DNA of 64,000 nt from Tricharina praecox. Taxonomy: Eukaryota. This document shows positions 1-13,377 of the stretch, in pieces; position 1 is the first letter of the stretch; every line of letters begins with the position of its first letter. Position numbers and translations under genes: made by a program. The notes beneath the pieces were generated by a model. It searched no databases. It saw only the letters and a list, made by a program, of their open reading frames with translations, and had not been told where the DNA came from. Location: the NCBI RefSeq assembly GCF_024521635.1, contig NW_026250414.1, positions 558,001 through 622,000 on the forward strand, read 5' to 3'.

Positions 1-867
1 GATGCGACCAATCGAACACAGAGAGATCAGCTTTTCGTTTTCGCTTCGACGCAGGGCCGACGCGTATAGTAGAGATTGGCTGCGAGTCTGTGACTCGGCC
101 AGCCGCGTGGCTCAGCTGATGCTCTTCTTGACAAATACTATACCGTACATGCCCTCCGCAGCCCGCTGTGCGAAGGCGATATCGGCGGATCTCACTGTGA
201 CTACCTATCCTGATTCCTATGTACGAGATCCATCATCCGTGTGGACTCGCTATTTCTGGATGGGGTTTGCACGTCGACTCTCGACTCTCTAGTCGTCGAC
301 TGCATGCGTGGTTTCATCTCGCCGAGTCTACCCCCATCCCAAACGATACCTCCGACATCCATGTTTCGAGCCAACAGCGGACGCAGATGGCGGATCTCAC
401 TCGACAGAGTGGGGACCCTGCGCTTCCTTGCATAGCGTCTAGACTCTGGTTACCGAATGCCAGTGTACCAGATATCGAAAGAGAGTTATCCCGGTAGATT
501 CTCACGTTGGAACGTCAAGGCTTAGTTCTCGCTTCCTTCTGTTACAGGCGTACAGCCATCCTCCTCCAGGCTCCCCCAGCGCCTGGCCGGCCGGAGGTTT
601 GTATATCTCCCTCCTCCTGTCCCGCCCTCCGCAGCTGTTCCTTACCACTCACCTCATCATCCGTAGCTCCAGGCGATTACTTGCCTCCTCCGTTCTTCTT
701 CTTCGTTCTCTTTCATTCTCTTTTCCATTTGATATCCCAGGTGGATCGGTATATTTACATTTTATATCCCTTACTATTTTAATTCTCCGTCCATATAATC
801 GAATCGCTGCTCCGTGAGCCAGCATCACCAAATCTGACATCCACACCACATCAACATCAACATCACC

Positions 868-1867
868 ATGGCAATCTTCAGGAACCTTCTCACGTGTGCA
901 ATCGCCTTCAGTGGGCTATCCACCGCCCTCCCGCACAGCAGACGACAAGAAGCTGCGGCGCCAGGCCTGACAGATATGCAGATTCTGCAATTGTGCGCCG
1001 CACCTCATCCACCCCACCCATGCGCCTGCTAACCTTCGCAGCGCCCTAACACTCGAGCACCTCGAGTCCGCCTTCTACACGGAAGGCTTCGCGAAGTTCC
1101 CCGCGGCAGACTTCCTTGCGCTGGGGCTCGACCAAGCAACGATCGACGGCCTACAGGCCATCGGCAAAACCGAAGCAACGCACGTCATCGTGCTCTCAGA
1201 CACGATCACCTCTCTCGGGGGGACGCCCGTTCCCGCCTGCACCTACAAATTCAACCTGATCGACGCCGCATCCATGATCGCGACGGCGCGGGTTCTCGAA
1301 GCGGTCGGGATATCCGCATACCTCGGCGCAGCCCCACTGGTGAGCGAAAAAGCGATCCTGAGCGCCGCGGCGTCAATCGTTACCGTCGAGGCGCGCCACC
1401 AGACGTTTATCCGCACCGCGCTGAACGCCCAGCCCGTGCCGCAGGCGTTCGATGCCGCCATCGGCCCGCTGCAGATCTTTACGCTCGCCGCGGGGTTCAT
1501 CGATGTGTGTCCCGAGGCGGCGAACCTGGGGCTCACACCCCTCGCCCCGCTGAATGTTCTTGACGCCGGGAGTATACGTGCCGGCAGCGCGCTGAAGATG
1601 ACGGTGCCTGATGCGGCGAGGGAGGCGGGGCTTAGCTGTACTTTCACTACTGGAGATGGTGGCCTGGTGTTCGCTAAGTTTGAGAATGGCGGCTGTGTGG
1701 TCCCTGATGGACTAGGTGGTGAGGTGTTCATGACGGTCACTACCGAGGCCGAGGGCGTTAAGGTCCTTGATGATACGAAGATTGTCGCTGGGTAGGTTAT
1801 CCCGACGATACTATCTGAGAGCGTCACTAACGCACTAAATAGGCCCGCTGTGCTGGTGCTGTCATAG
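868..1867 (+). CDS. Secreted ferritin-like domain protein (Rds1-like), 3 exons (868-992, 1042-1791, 1843-1867)
   Basis: Spliced translation gives a signal-peptide-like start (MAIFRNLLTCAIAFSGLSTALP), then LTDMQILQFALTLEHLESAFY, LEAVGISAYLGAA and SIVTVEARHQTFIR, typical of the fungal ferritin-like family; both introns are GT..CTAAC..AG. Confidence 0.85.
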
Positions 1868-2982
1868 TACACCACTCCATCCAACCATCCAGCCAGCCAG
1901 CAATAACAGCCCGTGTACTATGTAATCACACCTCCTCGCCCATGCCCATACCGTCGACGTCGAGCGTCGAGCGTCGCATATCACAATTTCCTTTGTTTCC
2001 CCCAAGTTTGCATTAGGTAGTTAGATAGATAATGTACGAGTACCTATGAACGATGAATCCAATCCAATGCAGCCAGGCGGCTACAGTCTACGCTACGAGT
2101 ACATAGTTGGAGGTAGTTGGACGATGCAGAAATTGCAGAACTTTGAGACGTGTCAAACGTGGATGAGATGTGGATGAGGTGTGGGGTGGGATGTGAAACG
2201 GAAGATGAAACACGTGCGGAAAAATAAGAAAAAAAGAAGGGATAAGCCGAGTGAGTATCTGTGATCAAAGCCGAGCGGTGGGCCGTGGGTAGGTGGTGGT
2301 GGGTGGTGCCCGGTATACAGTCCGGCTGCGGGAATAGCGACGGCTCCATTGGTACCCGCGTGCCTTCCAGAAGCTGCCCGTGATGTCCTCAAGCGAGGTG
2401 CTACCCGTGCTACCACCGCGTGATATCTCGTGATATCTCGTGAGATGACATCGACATCGATATCGACGTACCTATAACGAAAGCGCCCACTGCCCAGTAT
2501 TCCGCCAGTATGTACCAGCACTACATATGGCTAAATCTCAGTGTTATTTACATAGGGTAACAGGTTCATTGCCAGCAGTGAGCACACCATCGCATCAAGC
2601 CAGGATATCACCCTTCCAAGACTACATACGGCTTACTCGTATTTATATTGAAAGCCATGCCCATTGCCCAATGCCCATCCAATGCCCATCCAATTCCCAT
2701 CTAATAACGCACTTCCTACATACCCCATATTTCCAAAAATAATTCCTAAACTTCCTAAACTTCCATGTTTGCCCGTGTGAAAAAGAAAATGGTGTGTGCA
2801 GAAACAACAAAAAGCCAAAACGACATTTTGCAGTACAGACCCCCGGGAAACATTGTGTTCGAAAGAAAAAGAGGAATGAGAATGAGAATAAGGAAATGAC
2901 ATGCGTACGCTCATCTAGATTAGAATGGAGAAATCGAGATGGAGAGAGGGATGGAGAGAGGCAAACGAGATTCCAAGCGCAC

Positions 2983-4336
2983 TCAAAGATCATTAGCGAG
3001 CGTCGACGCGACAAACTTGACGGTATTCAATATCTTCTGGCAGAGGGGAGGATCCATTCCATCGGGGCCTACTTCGCAGGCGCGATCGGGATCTCTAACG
3101 ATCGGCTTCCTTTTGGAGAGGCGTTCCATATCCGCGACGACGACCCACAGCTCGGCGAACTCCTTCTTGACGGCGGCGGTGGCCATGAACTTCCACGCAG
3201 CGTCGAGGCGCGAAATGGATTCGAGCGTGCGCCGGTAGAAGAGGACTAGTAGCGGCAGCACAATCGACAAAAGCATGAACGACGAGTACGCGCTCGTCAT
3301 GCTGCCCAGACAGGAGGTGCACGCGAGCGAGGACTTGACGTTGGCGAGCGCCCCCCGCGAGATGAGGAGGCAGTGCTGGATGTCCGAGGTGGGGGGCGTG
3401 GTCTGCAGCGTCGTGATCGTGCTGAAGAGGTCGAGGCTGCACGTGCACGTCGGGAGGTTGCAGCCCGGCGGTGTCGAGTTCGCCGTGAAGTTGAAGACAC
3501 CGTTGGTGTCGGCCGAGGAGATCGGCATCGACATCGACATCGGAGCCGGATTCGGCGGCGGATATATGCCGACGTTGGACGCTAGTTGTTCCTGGATGAT
3601 TTCCATGTGCTCCTGTCGCTGCCGGACAGTCTGGAGATGTGGTAGCTCGCTGTTTTCCACCCCAGCAAGGTTAGAGCCCTCCCCTTGGTATCGCTCGTGG
3701 AGGCGGAAAACCCAACTCGTTCATCCACTCGAAATCCCCGGTGAACAGCTTGTTCTTGCCCTGAATGCTTCCGCACAGCTGCGACCACTCATCATCCCAC
3801 ATGACATACAAGTTCTCACCGAGATGTCCAGGATCAGCCGGGACATGTAGCGTGTTATTGTTGTTGTTGATGATGATGTTGTCGGGATGATGATGATAGG
3901 CGGGATGAGCCTGATGGACCTCCAGGATCTCCACATGCAGCGGGGGGGCGCCATCATCGGAGTTCGCGCGGCGGCGTTTCCTTGGACGGCCCATCGGTTT
4001 CTGGAACGAGTAATGGCACGGCGTCTGGTCGTTTGCGCACCGCGCGCATCCCGAGTCTTCGCCCGTGCATCGGAGCTTCCGTGCGCCTACACAACTCGAT
4101 AAACCCGGGGGGCGTCAGCCAGCATGCCCGTTCGGAGACTTCTCGGAGACTATCGGGGGTGCACGACGCACGGCATTCGTCACTTTAGATTGGTGACCCT
4201 ACGTGTTAGCCTGAACAGATCATCACACCGGTAGACAGGTAGGTAAGTATCGCAGGAGATGGAGAGATAGGCGAGAGGAAGGGGATAAGTGGCAGGTGTT
4301 CTGCACTTACCAGGCCGAGTGCTTCTTCTGGTCCAT
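2983..4336 (-). CDS. Zn2Cys6 (GAL4-type) transcription factor with Cys-rich AflR-like C-terminal region; 3' end uncertain
   Basis: Exons 4336-4311, 4182-4172 and 4086 onward splice to MDQKKHSACDECRARKLRCTGEDSGCARCANDQTPCHYSFQKPMGRPRKRRR; a further intron (~3712-3650) joins ORF 3671..3994 to ORF 2983..3660 (CTC...ACTSC motif). Confidence 0.8.
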
Positions 4337-7300
4337 GTTGCTTTGGGTATCGTTTTGGCGCCCTGGATGGAGGGATCTTCGGAAGCTTCTGTCTGCTGAG
4401 GAGGGGGTTCGCATATGAGGAAATGGAAGGGCAGGCAAGAGAGAAGCTGGCTGCTGTGGAGGTCGGACCGGTGAAGGAACGGCTCTGAACCCTAACCCCC
4501 GCCGCCTTGTCTTGGACAGGGAATTGATTGCGGACGAGACGCTTCTTACCGAAAGAAGCAGCTATTCGCAGGCGGAGAGGAGGGGCGCGCGGAGGCGGGA
4601 AATGCGGGGTGACCGTCAGGAAATCGCACGTAAGGGGGTTGGGGACACGGTTGTGCTCAGCCTTGCTCGATGCGAACGGACGAGACCGGTGAACGGTACT
4701 ATTGGTATGCAGCACTCGGTATCCCCCATATAAATACACCAGCGTCGATATGTAAAGATAGTAGATATAGTACTCCCTACGGTAGGATGGTATGGTAAAT
4801 ACCACGATTGGAGTCGGGGGTACATCCATATGATAGATACGGTACCTATAGCACCTGTCTTCGCGTGTCGAGGGGCTGGACCCGGGACAGCGATTCGTCA
4901 CGGGCTCAGGTAAGCGAGAGAGACGGAGAGAGGATCTGCGGACTGCCCGAGCCGAAATTCGACTAGCTGGAGGGAGCACCGACACTACATACTAGTAAAA
5001 ACGCAGGGCTGTTGTTGGCATTGGGCTGTTGAGTCTCCCAGACGCTCGCCAATCGCATATAATGGCCACCGCAATTTTCTCTGGAGAGACATGTAGCTGG
5101 TGTTCACCTTCGGATACGCCATGTGGTGGCTGGCTCTACTCTAGTTACAGAGCACGAGGCACGATCGACTCGGTGGAGATCAATGTTAATTTCACATCGA
5201 AAGCCACATTGAGGGTCTGGGCGGAGGCGGCTCGTCTACCGAGTACACCACGATCGCCGGAACCATCGGTATACATAGCTAATCGATGGCTGGAATTCCA
5301 ATACGAGAGGTCCCCGTCCCCGCACAATATCAATGATCGCTATATTTATATGGTAACGGTCTAAATCTGCAATCTTGGTCTTGCAACCGAGGCCGAGACG
5401 TCCTTCCAGGTATCTACATATATAGCCGACTGTTTCGTCTGGAATTTTCAGACGGAATCTTTTGGAGGGGCTTGATGCAGGTTCAATTCGAGTTCTTCAG
5501 AGTGAAGGAGTGGGATCCTTATGCAGCAGGAACAGAGACTGTCACTCGCGGGCAGGGTCCATCACAACGAACAGGTTGTCCTCGACATTGTTGAGGAATT
5601 GCCCACCAATTGACGCACGGCGAAGTGTTTGTGCTGCAAGTACAAGATGCACGGCAAAGTGTTGGTGGTAATAGCCACTGCGGGTACAAGACCCAAACCC
5701 AGGGAACACCCCAACGAGAACTGCCCCCAGGAAAAGACCCAGCAGAGGAAGACGCTATGGACTAAACCGGGCGAGGCCAGGATCGATTCAATATCAGCGA
5801 CCCATTCGCCAGTCGCAGATGCAGCGAGGCCATCCTCTCTTTCCTGTCAACAGCGGACGTAAGTGCTAGGGCGCCAAGTTCCGCCTCTCAGCACTGAGGA
5901 CGAGCCAGAGCGGCCCAGTCTGCAACCGCGGCGGCGGCGGACCCCACACGCCCGATCACAGGACCAGCGAGGGCAGCGCCAGGGCGAGGAAGCGGCAATG
6001 TGTGCAGCCCAATCCCACGAACGGGAGTCTACTCTTCCTGCCTGGACCGATTAGTCAAGCGTCAACAGCCGCAGAAAATGGGGGACTGGCGGCAGATACA
6101 CAGAGCACTTGTCTTTTCTTTTCATCGTTCTCATTCACATGTATTTTCCCTTGGCGCAGCCAGAAGAGGGGGTGCAGGTGGGGTGGGGTGCGATGGACAT
6201 TGGAAAGACGATTGAATAGTGCAATGCTGAAAGCTCGACGCCTGCATAGCGCACCAGAATCCAGATGCTCTCGAATCCCAACCCGGCTGGCTGGCTGGCT
6301 GCCGCTGCAAGATAGATATGCCAAAGTTCATATTTAGTGCACACCCTCTCAAGCTTCGCTGCCCAAATCCATAGATAATGCAGAAGCCAGAGGACTTGGC
6401 ATGCCTACACTGTGCTTGTACCCGACGAGTGACGAGTCCAGCGGGCTGCAGCGTCGACTGCTTTCGTGCATCACTCGCCAGTTTGTCCGTGGACTTCGCC
6501 TCGTCAGCACCTGGCATTGGACGAGTTTCGGCCCCTCCTGCGTCGGTATTGGACGAACTCCGGCCCCGTCTGCAACAGTCGTCTCTGAAGAATCTGGCAT
6601 GCGGCTGGTGCGGGTTCCAGTTCCCCAGCTCCCGCATAGGCACATACTCTACTTATGCAAATACATACGTGGATGCAGAGGAATCCTCAGCACACATCTG
6701 CATCAGTACCGATCTGCATCCCCGCGCATGCGCGTGTAACCATAGTAAGGACTAACTAGATGGCGGTTGACCCCAGCACCTTGGCTGTGGGCAACCCAAC
6801 GATTCGAACCCTGATTTCGTTCGATTTCCCACTCCCACCAATGGTTCTTCTGGTTACTCCCTCCTCTTCCCCAGTGGGGGCAGTAGGAAAATAATAGTGA
6901 ATTCGAGATGGCTCCCATCACTGGCAATGGCCCAGGTTGGCCGCATGCAGCGCCAAAACTCGAGATTTTCGCGGGCTGGCCATCGCACGGCGGAGTCGAG
7001 ATGGAGGAGCCCGCAGTTATGGCTTGCCGAAGCTCTTGCAGCCAAACCAGCCCAGATACACAGGGGCGGGGGGGAGGGCTGATCGTCAACTCGCGAAGAC
7101 ACAAAATATGAGCTCACCTTTCACGTCCTGCAGACACTGCGCGCTCGCTCGCCAGCGGGGATTCCGGCCGCTCTCTCCTGAGACCTCCCGCATGTTTTCC
7201 CCTCCCATAATGGCCACGGCCGGCCTCCTTCCATTGCTTGTGTGGGCGTAATGGAGGTACTCTGGAATATATATGCGTGAGCATACCTCCCCCCACCGCC

Positions 7301-7465
7301 CCACCGCCCCACACCCTTCCCCCTCCCCCCTGTGAACTAACTTCACTTCCCGAGTTTTGCGCTTGTCCCATCCCATCCCTATTTCCTGTCCCTCACGTAT
7401 CTATCTTTCGAGAGAGAGATCACATTGCAACCGACCGACCGACTGTCACTGGCCCCATAGATACA

Positions 7466-8967
7466 ATGTCCTACGGCTTCCCCCTTCAAGAGTACATCGG
7501 CGTTCCTCCTAAAAAAGGGCACCCCGAACCCATCGAGCGCGGCGACGACATCGAGGTCGATCCGAAACTGGTACGCTGCTTTGCACCTTTCTGTCGAGTC
7601 AACTGGTAGTCGGTCGGAGCACTCATTGACGCATGAATGCACTGGCAGCTCGAAGATGGCTATGATGATGACTATGAGAGTGCGGGCTACGACACCAGCA
7701 CGGCGAGTCTGACCTCGTCGGTGAACGAGTACGTCTACGAGAATGGTATGTTGTCGAGAAAGAAAAAACCTAGAGATACATACCGACCTGGGTTGATGAC
7801 GACGAAACGCTGACGAGATTGGGATGGACGGAAAGGCAGGCGGTATCATGCATACTATGGGATGGATAAGAACGTGATTCCTACGGATGAAACTGAGCAG
7901 GATCGGTAAGTGAATGCCTACCTACATACCAGGTGCTCTGACAGTCGAAGGAAGAAAGGAACGGGATGGCTGATGCCCACCTAACGTATGTACCCACTGT
8001 AGAATGGACCTCCACCACGAAATCTTCCTCAAGCTGGTCGGCGACCTTCACAAAGCGCCCATCGGTCCCAATCCCCAGGCAATTCTCGACATCGGCACCG
8101 GCACCGGGATCTGGGCCATCGACATGGCCGACAAATATCCTAGCGCCGAAGTGATCGGCATGGATCTCAGGTCTGTCTGTGTCTTTGCCTTCCCCCGCAT
8201 TGAGACCACGGTCCACAGTGATACTTACAGATCCAGTCCCATCCAACCCGGCTGGGTCCCGCCAAACTGCCGCTTCGAACTCGACGATGCCGAGGAAGAC
8301 TGGACGTACCATCAATGCAAGTTCGACTTCGTGCATGCGCGGAACGTCGCGCAGGCGATCAACAACTGGCCAAAGCTGATGCGGCAGATCTACCGGTTCG
8401 TATTCCCTTCCCCCCCTCCCTCCGATTCTCACGCCCTCCATGCAGGGCCACCAAACCCGGAGGCTACGTCGAGCTCGCCGAGCTCAACACAGTGATGCGC
8501 AGCGACGACACGACGGTGCGGGATACACACGGGCTCAAGATCTACATGGACAAGCTCGGGGAGGCGATGGTGAAGCTCGGCCGCCCCGCGAACATCAGCG
8601 ACACATTTCTTAAATCAGCGCTCACGCGCGCGGGGTTCGTCGACGTCACCGCCATCCGCTACAAGCAGCCGATCGGCCCGTGGCCCAAGGACGAGCGCCT
8701 CAAAAAGATTGGCATGATGTGTTTGCTGTCCGCTAGCACGGGGTATCATGCGTATGGCATGATGGCGTTCACCAGGATACTCGGAATGGATCCTAAGGCC
8801 GCTGATGACCTCTGTAACGAGGCCGCTGCCGCGTCGAAGAATAAGAATATCCATGGGTATAATTACTTGTAGGCCCCCCTCGCTCCCCCGACCGGACTTC
8901 TGGTGCGTGCGTCGCTAATGCTTCGGGGCGATGTAGCTGGGTGGTGTACGGACGGAGGCCGTTGTGA
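7466..8967 (+). CDS. SAM-dependent methyltransferase, LaeA-like family, multi-exon
   Basis: Spliced motifs SLTSSVNEYVYENGRRYHAY, PTDETEQDRMDLHH, ILDIGTGTGIWAIDMADKYPSAEVIGMDL, PIQPGWVPPNCRFELDDAE, KPGGYVELAE, PIGPWPKD and terminal VVYGRRPL*. Confidence 0.9.
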
Positions 8968-9443
8968 TGTGATGGATGGATGGGGGTATTATGGGTTCAA
9001 GCCTCTCTTTCGGTATTACGCGGAAGGTACGGAGGGGCGGATACATAGCCGCTTGAGTTTGAGGTTTGATCGATTGGCGTTTATGTTAGCTGTTTCGGCA
9101 GTTCTTTGGTTTGGTTTCGTAGTTTATACCTGCGGGAATAATATCCCTACCTATCGTGAATCACATACCCCTTTGACTTAACTCGCCTAATGAATCAGGA
9201 ATATCTTGCAATTGCAATTGTATGTACAGTGACCGTATTACCGCTACCTATCAGATGTTACAGCCAGCGCATCCAGACCACCTACAGTACTAGCTATCAT
9301 ACAGAACGTTGTCCACCCAGAGCAGACCAGAGCAGAGCAGAGAAAACAGGAAGAACGCAACCTCCCAAGTCAAAAACCAAACACCCCACAAACTCCAAAC
9401 CCGAAATCACACACACCGTAAGTACAGCCTTAACTATTTACAC

Positions 9444-11822
9444 CTACTTCTCCTCCGCGTCCTTAGTATTCTCGACCCCCTCGACCAGCAGCTCCTCTCC
9501 GCCATCAGCCACCGACACCTTAGCTGTCATTCCATTCCTCAGTCCACCAGTGATCAACTTCTCAGCCAGGACCTTAGAAACATGCCGCATGATCTCGCGA
9601 TTCAGCGGTCTAGCGCCGTACTTAACGTTATACCCCCTTTGCGCGAGCCAATCCTTTGCCTCATCGTCCACCATTAGTGTAATCCTTCGATCCACCAATT
9701 TCTCCTGCAGCTCCTTCAAACGTATATCGACGATGTCCCTGATCGCATCCCGCGACAGCGGGGAGAAGATGACAAAGTCATCGATGCGGTTAAGGAACTC
9801 TGGTGCGTAAGTGTTCTGGACGGCCATCATGACGCTGCGCTTCGTGTCATCATCGAGGGTCTCGGCCGGCGGGGCGGCGATCAACGCGTCCTGTCCCAGG
9901 TTGCTGGTTAGCACGATGATCGTGCTCGAGAAGTCGACTTTGCGGCCTTGCGCATCGGTGAGAAACCCCTCGTCGAGGACTTGTAGGAGGAGGGAGGAAA
10001 TGTCCCGGTGCGCTTTTTCGAACTCGTCGAACAGGAGAACGGCATAGGGTTTGCGCCGGACCGCTTCCGTGAGCTGCCCTGCGTCCTCGTACCCGACGTA
10101 GCCGGCGGGCGCGCCGATTAGCCGGCTTACCGTGTGCTTCTCCATGAACTCCGACATGTCGAAGCGGATCACGGCTTGCTCGGTCGAGAAGAGGAATTCG
10201 GCCATTTTCTTGCACAGCTCGGTTTTGCCGACGCCGGTGGGGCCAAGGAACATGAAGGAGGCGGTCGGTCGGTTCTGCGAGGTGAGGCCCGCGCGCTGAA
10301 GGCGCACCGCATCGGCAACGAGCTTGAGCGCCTCGTCCTGCCCCCGGACTGACTGCCGCAAGGTGTCTTCCATATGCATCAACCGCTGGACTTCTCCTGA
10401 CATCAGTTTCGTCATGGGGATACCCGTGGTCTTGGAGACAACCCGGGCGATGTCGTCTTCGTCGACAGAGTCGTGAAGGAGTGAAGACCCCTTCAGTGGT
10501 GTCTCTCCATCCTTGGGAACCTTTGCCTCGAGGCGGGGAATGGTAGAGTACTGGAGCTCACTGGCTTTCTCGAACATTCCGGTACGACGGGCCTGCTCGA
10601 GCTCGATCCTGGCCTTCTCGAGCGATTCCTTAGCTGTTTTGATTTCTCCGAGTTCGGCGCGCTCCTTTTCCCACAGCCCCGTGAGTTCTTTCAGCTTCTC
10701 GGTCTTCTCCTTGAGTGTCTCTTCGAGCTTCGCTTTGCGTTCCTTCGACATCACATCGGTTTCCTTGCGCAGGGATTCGAGCTCGATTCGGATGGTCAGG
10801 ATGGCGCGGTCGAGTTCCTGGATCTCGTCGGGACGCGATTCCTGCTGCAGTCGGAGAGCGGAGGCAGCTTCGTCAACCAGGTCAATGGCCTTGTCGGGGA
10901 GGAAGCGGTCGGTAATGTAGCGGTTCGACAGGGTCGCCGCGGCAACCAGTGCGCCGTCAGTAATCCGGACTCCGTGGTGGATTTCGTAGCGATCCTTGAT
11001 ACCACGGAGGATACTGATCGTGTCCTGCACCGAGGGCTCGTTGACCAACACTGGCTGGAACCGTCTAGCCAGTGCAACATCCTTCTCGATGATCCTGTAC
11101 TCCGCCAGAGTAGTGGCACCCGTACACTGCAACTCGCCCCTCGCCAGCATCGGCTTCAGCAGATTCGACGCATCGATGCTTCCCTCAGCCTTGCCCAATC
11201 CCAGGAGGGTATGCAGCTCATCGATGAACAGAATGACCTTTCCCTGAGCATCATGCACCTCCTTCAGCACCGCTTTCAACCTCTCCTCAAAATCACCCCT
11301 AAACTTAGCGCCGGCAATGAGCTGTCCTAGATCCAGACTAACAACCCTCTTATTCTTCATACTCTCTGGCACCTCCCCGGCCACAATCCTCTGCGCCAGC
11401 CCCTCAAGGATCGCTGTCTTTCCCGTCCCCGCATTCCCAATCAACACCGGGTTGTTCTTCGTCCGCCGCGACAGAATCTGAATCGTCCGCCGGATCTCCT
11501 CGTCCCGCCCAATTACAGGGTCGAGCTTCCCGTCCCGCGCCCGCGCTGTTAGGTCCGTGCCGTACTCCTCTAGCGCAGACTTCTGCTCGCCCCCGCCGAG
11601 GTCCATTCGGTGTGTTCCGCCCGGCGGGTGCGGGCGCCCGCCACCGCCACCGCCACCGCCGCGGCCATAGTCGGCGTAGCTGCGGCTGAGAACGGTCGGG
11701 AGTGGTCGCAGGAGCTGGGACGCGGGGAGTCGCAGCGCCGGCGGGGTTCGTATACTCGCCGCGCGAGAGCGGAGGATGGGTCGGAGAGTGGTTTTTAGAG
11801 TTGTTGGTGGTCGTGAAAGCAT
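9444..11822 (-). CDS. HSP78: Mitochondrial ClpB-family disaggregase Hsp78, intronless
   Basis: Arg/Ser/Thr-rich presequence; [37 protein letters not shown] (NBD1) and [16 protein letters not shown] (NBD2); no ClpB N-domain; ATG at 11822. Confidence 0.95.
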   Translation of the reverse strand: MLSRPPTTLKTTLRPILRSRAASIRTPPALRLPASQLLRPLPTVLSRSYADYGRGGGGGGGGRPHPPGGTHRMDLGGGEQKSALEEYGTDLTARARDGKLDPVIGRDEEIRRTIQILSRRTKNNPVLIGNAGTGKTAILEGLAQRIVAGEVPESMKNKRVVSLDLGQLIAGAKFRGDFEERLKAVLKEVHDAQGKVILFIDELHTLLGLGKAEGSIDASNLLKPMLARGELQCTGATTLAEYRIIEKDVALARRFQPVLVNEPSVQDTISILRGIKDRYEIHHGVRITDGALVAAATLSNRYITDRFLPDKAIDLVDEAASALRLQQESRPDEIQELDRAILTIRIELESLRKETDVMSKERKAKLEETLKEKTEKLKELTGLWEKERAELGEIKTAKESLEKARIELEQARRTGMFEKASELQYSTIPRLEAKVPKDGETPLKGSSLLHDSVDEDDIARVVSKTTGIPMTKLMSGEVQRLMHMEDTLRQSVRGQDEALKLVADAVRLQRAGLTSQNRPTASFMFLGPTGVGKTELCKKMAEFLFSTEQAVIRFDMSEFMEKHTVSRLIGAPAGYVGYEDAGQLTEAVRRKPYAVLLFDEFEKAHRDISSLLLQVLDEGFLTDAQGRKVDFSSTIIVLTSNLGQDALIAAPPAETLDDDTKRSVMMAVQNTYAPEFLNRIDDFVIFSPLSRDAIRDIVDIRLKELQEKLVDRRITLMVDDEAKDWLAQRGYNVKYGARPLNREIMRHVSKVLAEKLITGGLRNGMTAKVSVADGGEELLVEGVENTKDAEEK

Positions 11823-13243
11823 TGGGGTGTATGTATGTAGGTATGTCGAGTTCAAATTCGAATGTCACTGAGAAGATTACACAGGGGAAGAAGAGGAGAA
11901 GAGGGGAAGAGGAATGCAGTGAACGTGGCGGTAGAATTATATACACATCGAGGGGAGAGGCGGGTGCGCGTCGGTTTGCTATGTAGAGTACTCGAGTACA
12001 GGTGAAGGTTCTAGAGACTTCGAGAAACTCCGAGATGGTGAGGTTTACAGTAGTACGCCGGGATGACGTTGGTTGCGGGACGCTTGCCGGTGGCGGGTTA
12101 GAAATTTTTGGCAATAGCCGAATATGCGTTGTCATACGTTCCGGTAACTTCACAGGGGCTCACTCGTCGACTTCCGGCCGCTCTCTGTCTTTATGGTGAT
12201 CTGAAGCTCACAAGCAACAACTCACTATTACAAATGATAGCCAGATGGGTGTCCGGCTTCTCAGCTAGAAGAAAGAAGGCGTAAATCCAGTGGATAGAGG
12301 TATGTCTGGAATGGCAACTGATCACCACCAATGTGAAGAGCTGATCAACCCTTGTCCACAGCAAATCGTTTGCGCCCGCCTACCTATGCTAGTATGAACT
12401 ATGGTGGATTGCAAACTGGAGATTATTGCCGACTCTTATATCACGTAAATGGACTTGATGTCACGCCTGTAGTTGCTATTCTTCATCGAATTGAAGTACT
12501 TTTTTTCGGATTTATTTAGGATAGTCCACTTTTCGGCACATAATTGGTAGAATGGTCTGCCTTTTTTAGTAAGGATATCTAGCACACATCCGGAAATGGA
12601 AGTCGAACACAGCGGTTCTGAATCCAAGGAGGAGGCCGAATGGCACAGTGTGAACCACCATTCACCCGTGTTCCCAAAGGGCTACCAGTGACCACCCAAA
12701 AAAAGCGAATGACCAAGGGTGAAATGAGAAGAAAGTACGGAAGACAGGGAGGGAGGATTACCGGATATTCCAGACCGCGCTTCACTTGGCTGCGCTTCAA
12801 CTGGCTGCTCAATATGTAAAGGCACTGGTCATTACGCTTCCACATATCGAGAGACGCATACAAGGTAGGCATTACTCTTAGCAAAAGACTTTCTCTAATA
12901 AAACGGAACTATGTTGCTAGGTATTGTAGCGCGCTGGAGCTGTGGTGCAGCGCGGGCAGGCGCTTAATGTGGAATTCATGCGGGACCCCCGACTAATGCG
13001 CAGGAATTCTTCAGAGCATGCCAGTAAGCCAACTGGAGGATGAGTTAATGCTGGCGATTGGCTTGTGGCCTGCCGCCTACGAGCGTCTACTGGCGCGTTT
13101 CATCTAAGCGCTGCGCTATAAATATTGCAATCCTGGAGACCCCATATGCGCCGATTGTCATGGATATTTTATCGGTGCGCACCCATGCGCATATAGTAGA
13201 TCTCCAGAGACCTCTGGAGTATATAAAGTAGCAGCTCAATGGT

Positions 13244-13367
13244 CATATCCATATCTTCATATTCAAACAGGCAGAAAAACCACCCATCCAGAGCTACATA
13301 CTTATCTATCCATATCCATATCTTCATATTCAAACAAGCAGAAAAACCGCCCATCTAGAGCTGCATA
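13244..13367 (+). repeat. Two ~57 bp direct copies (period 67) between a TATA-like box and the patatin ATG
   Basis: catatccatatcttcatattcaaacaRgcagaaaaaccRcccatcYagagctRcata at 13244 and 13311; TATATAAA at ~13220. Confidence 0.85.
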
Positions 13368-13377
13368 TCTACCTATA

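Noticed and set aside
4241..4250. ATACTTACCT on the minus strand, resembling the U1 snRNA 5' end
   Set aside because: It lies in an intron and is not followed by U1 stem-loops or an Sm site
4488..4499. AACCCTAACCC as a telomerase RNA template or telomeric seed
   Set aside because: Under two repeat units, and I could identify no supporting structure
4206..4985. 259 aa minus-strand ORF
   Set aside because: Non-ATG start, runs through the TF promoter, exon 1 and intron in another frame, and has no domain
12436..12884. AT-rich short ORFs between HSP78 and the patatin gene
   Set aside because: Possibly a gene or TE remnant, but no recognisable motif or splice model
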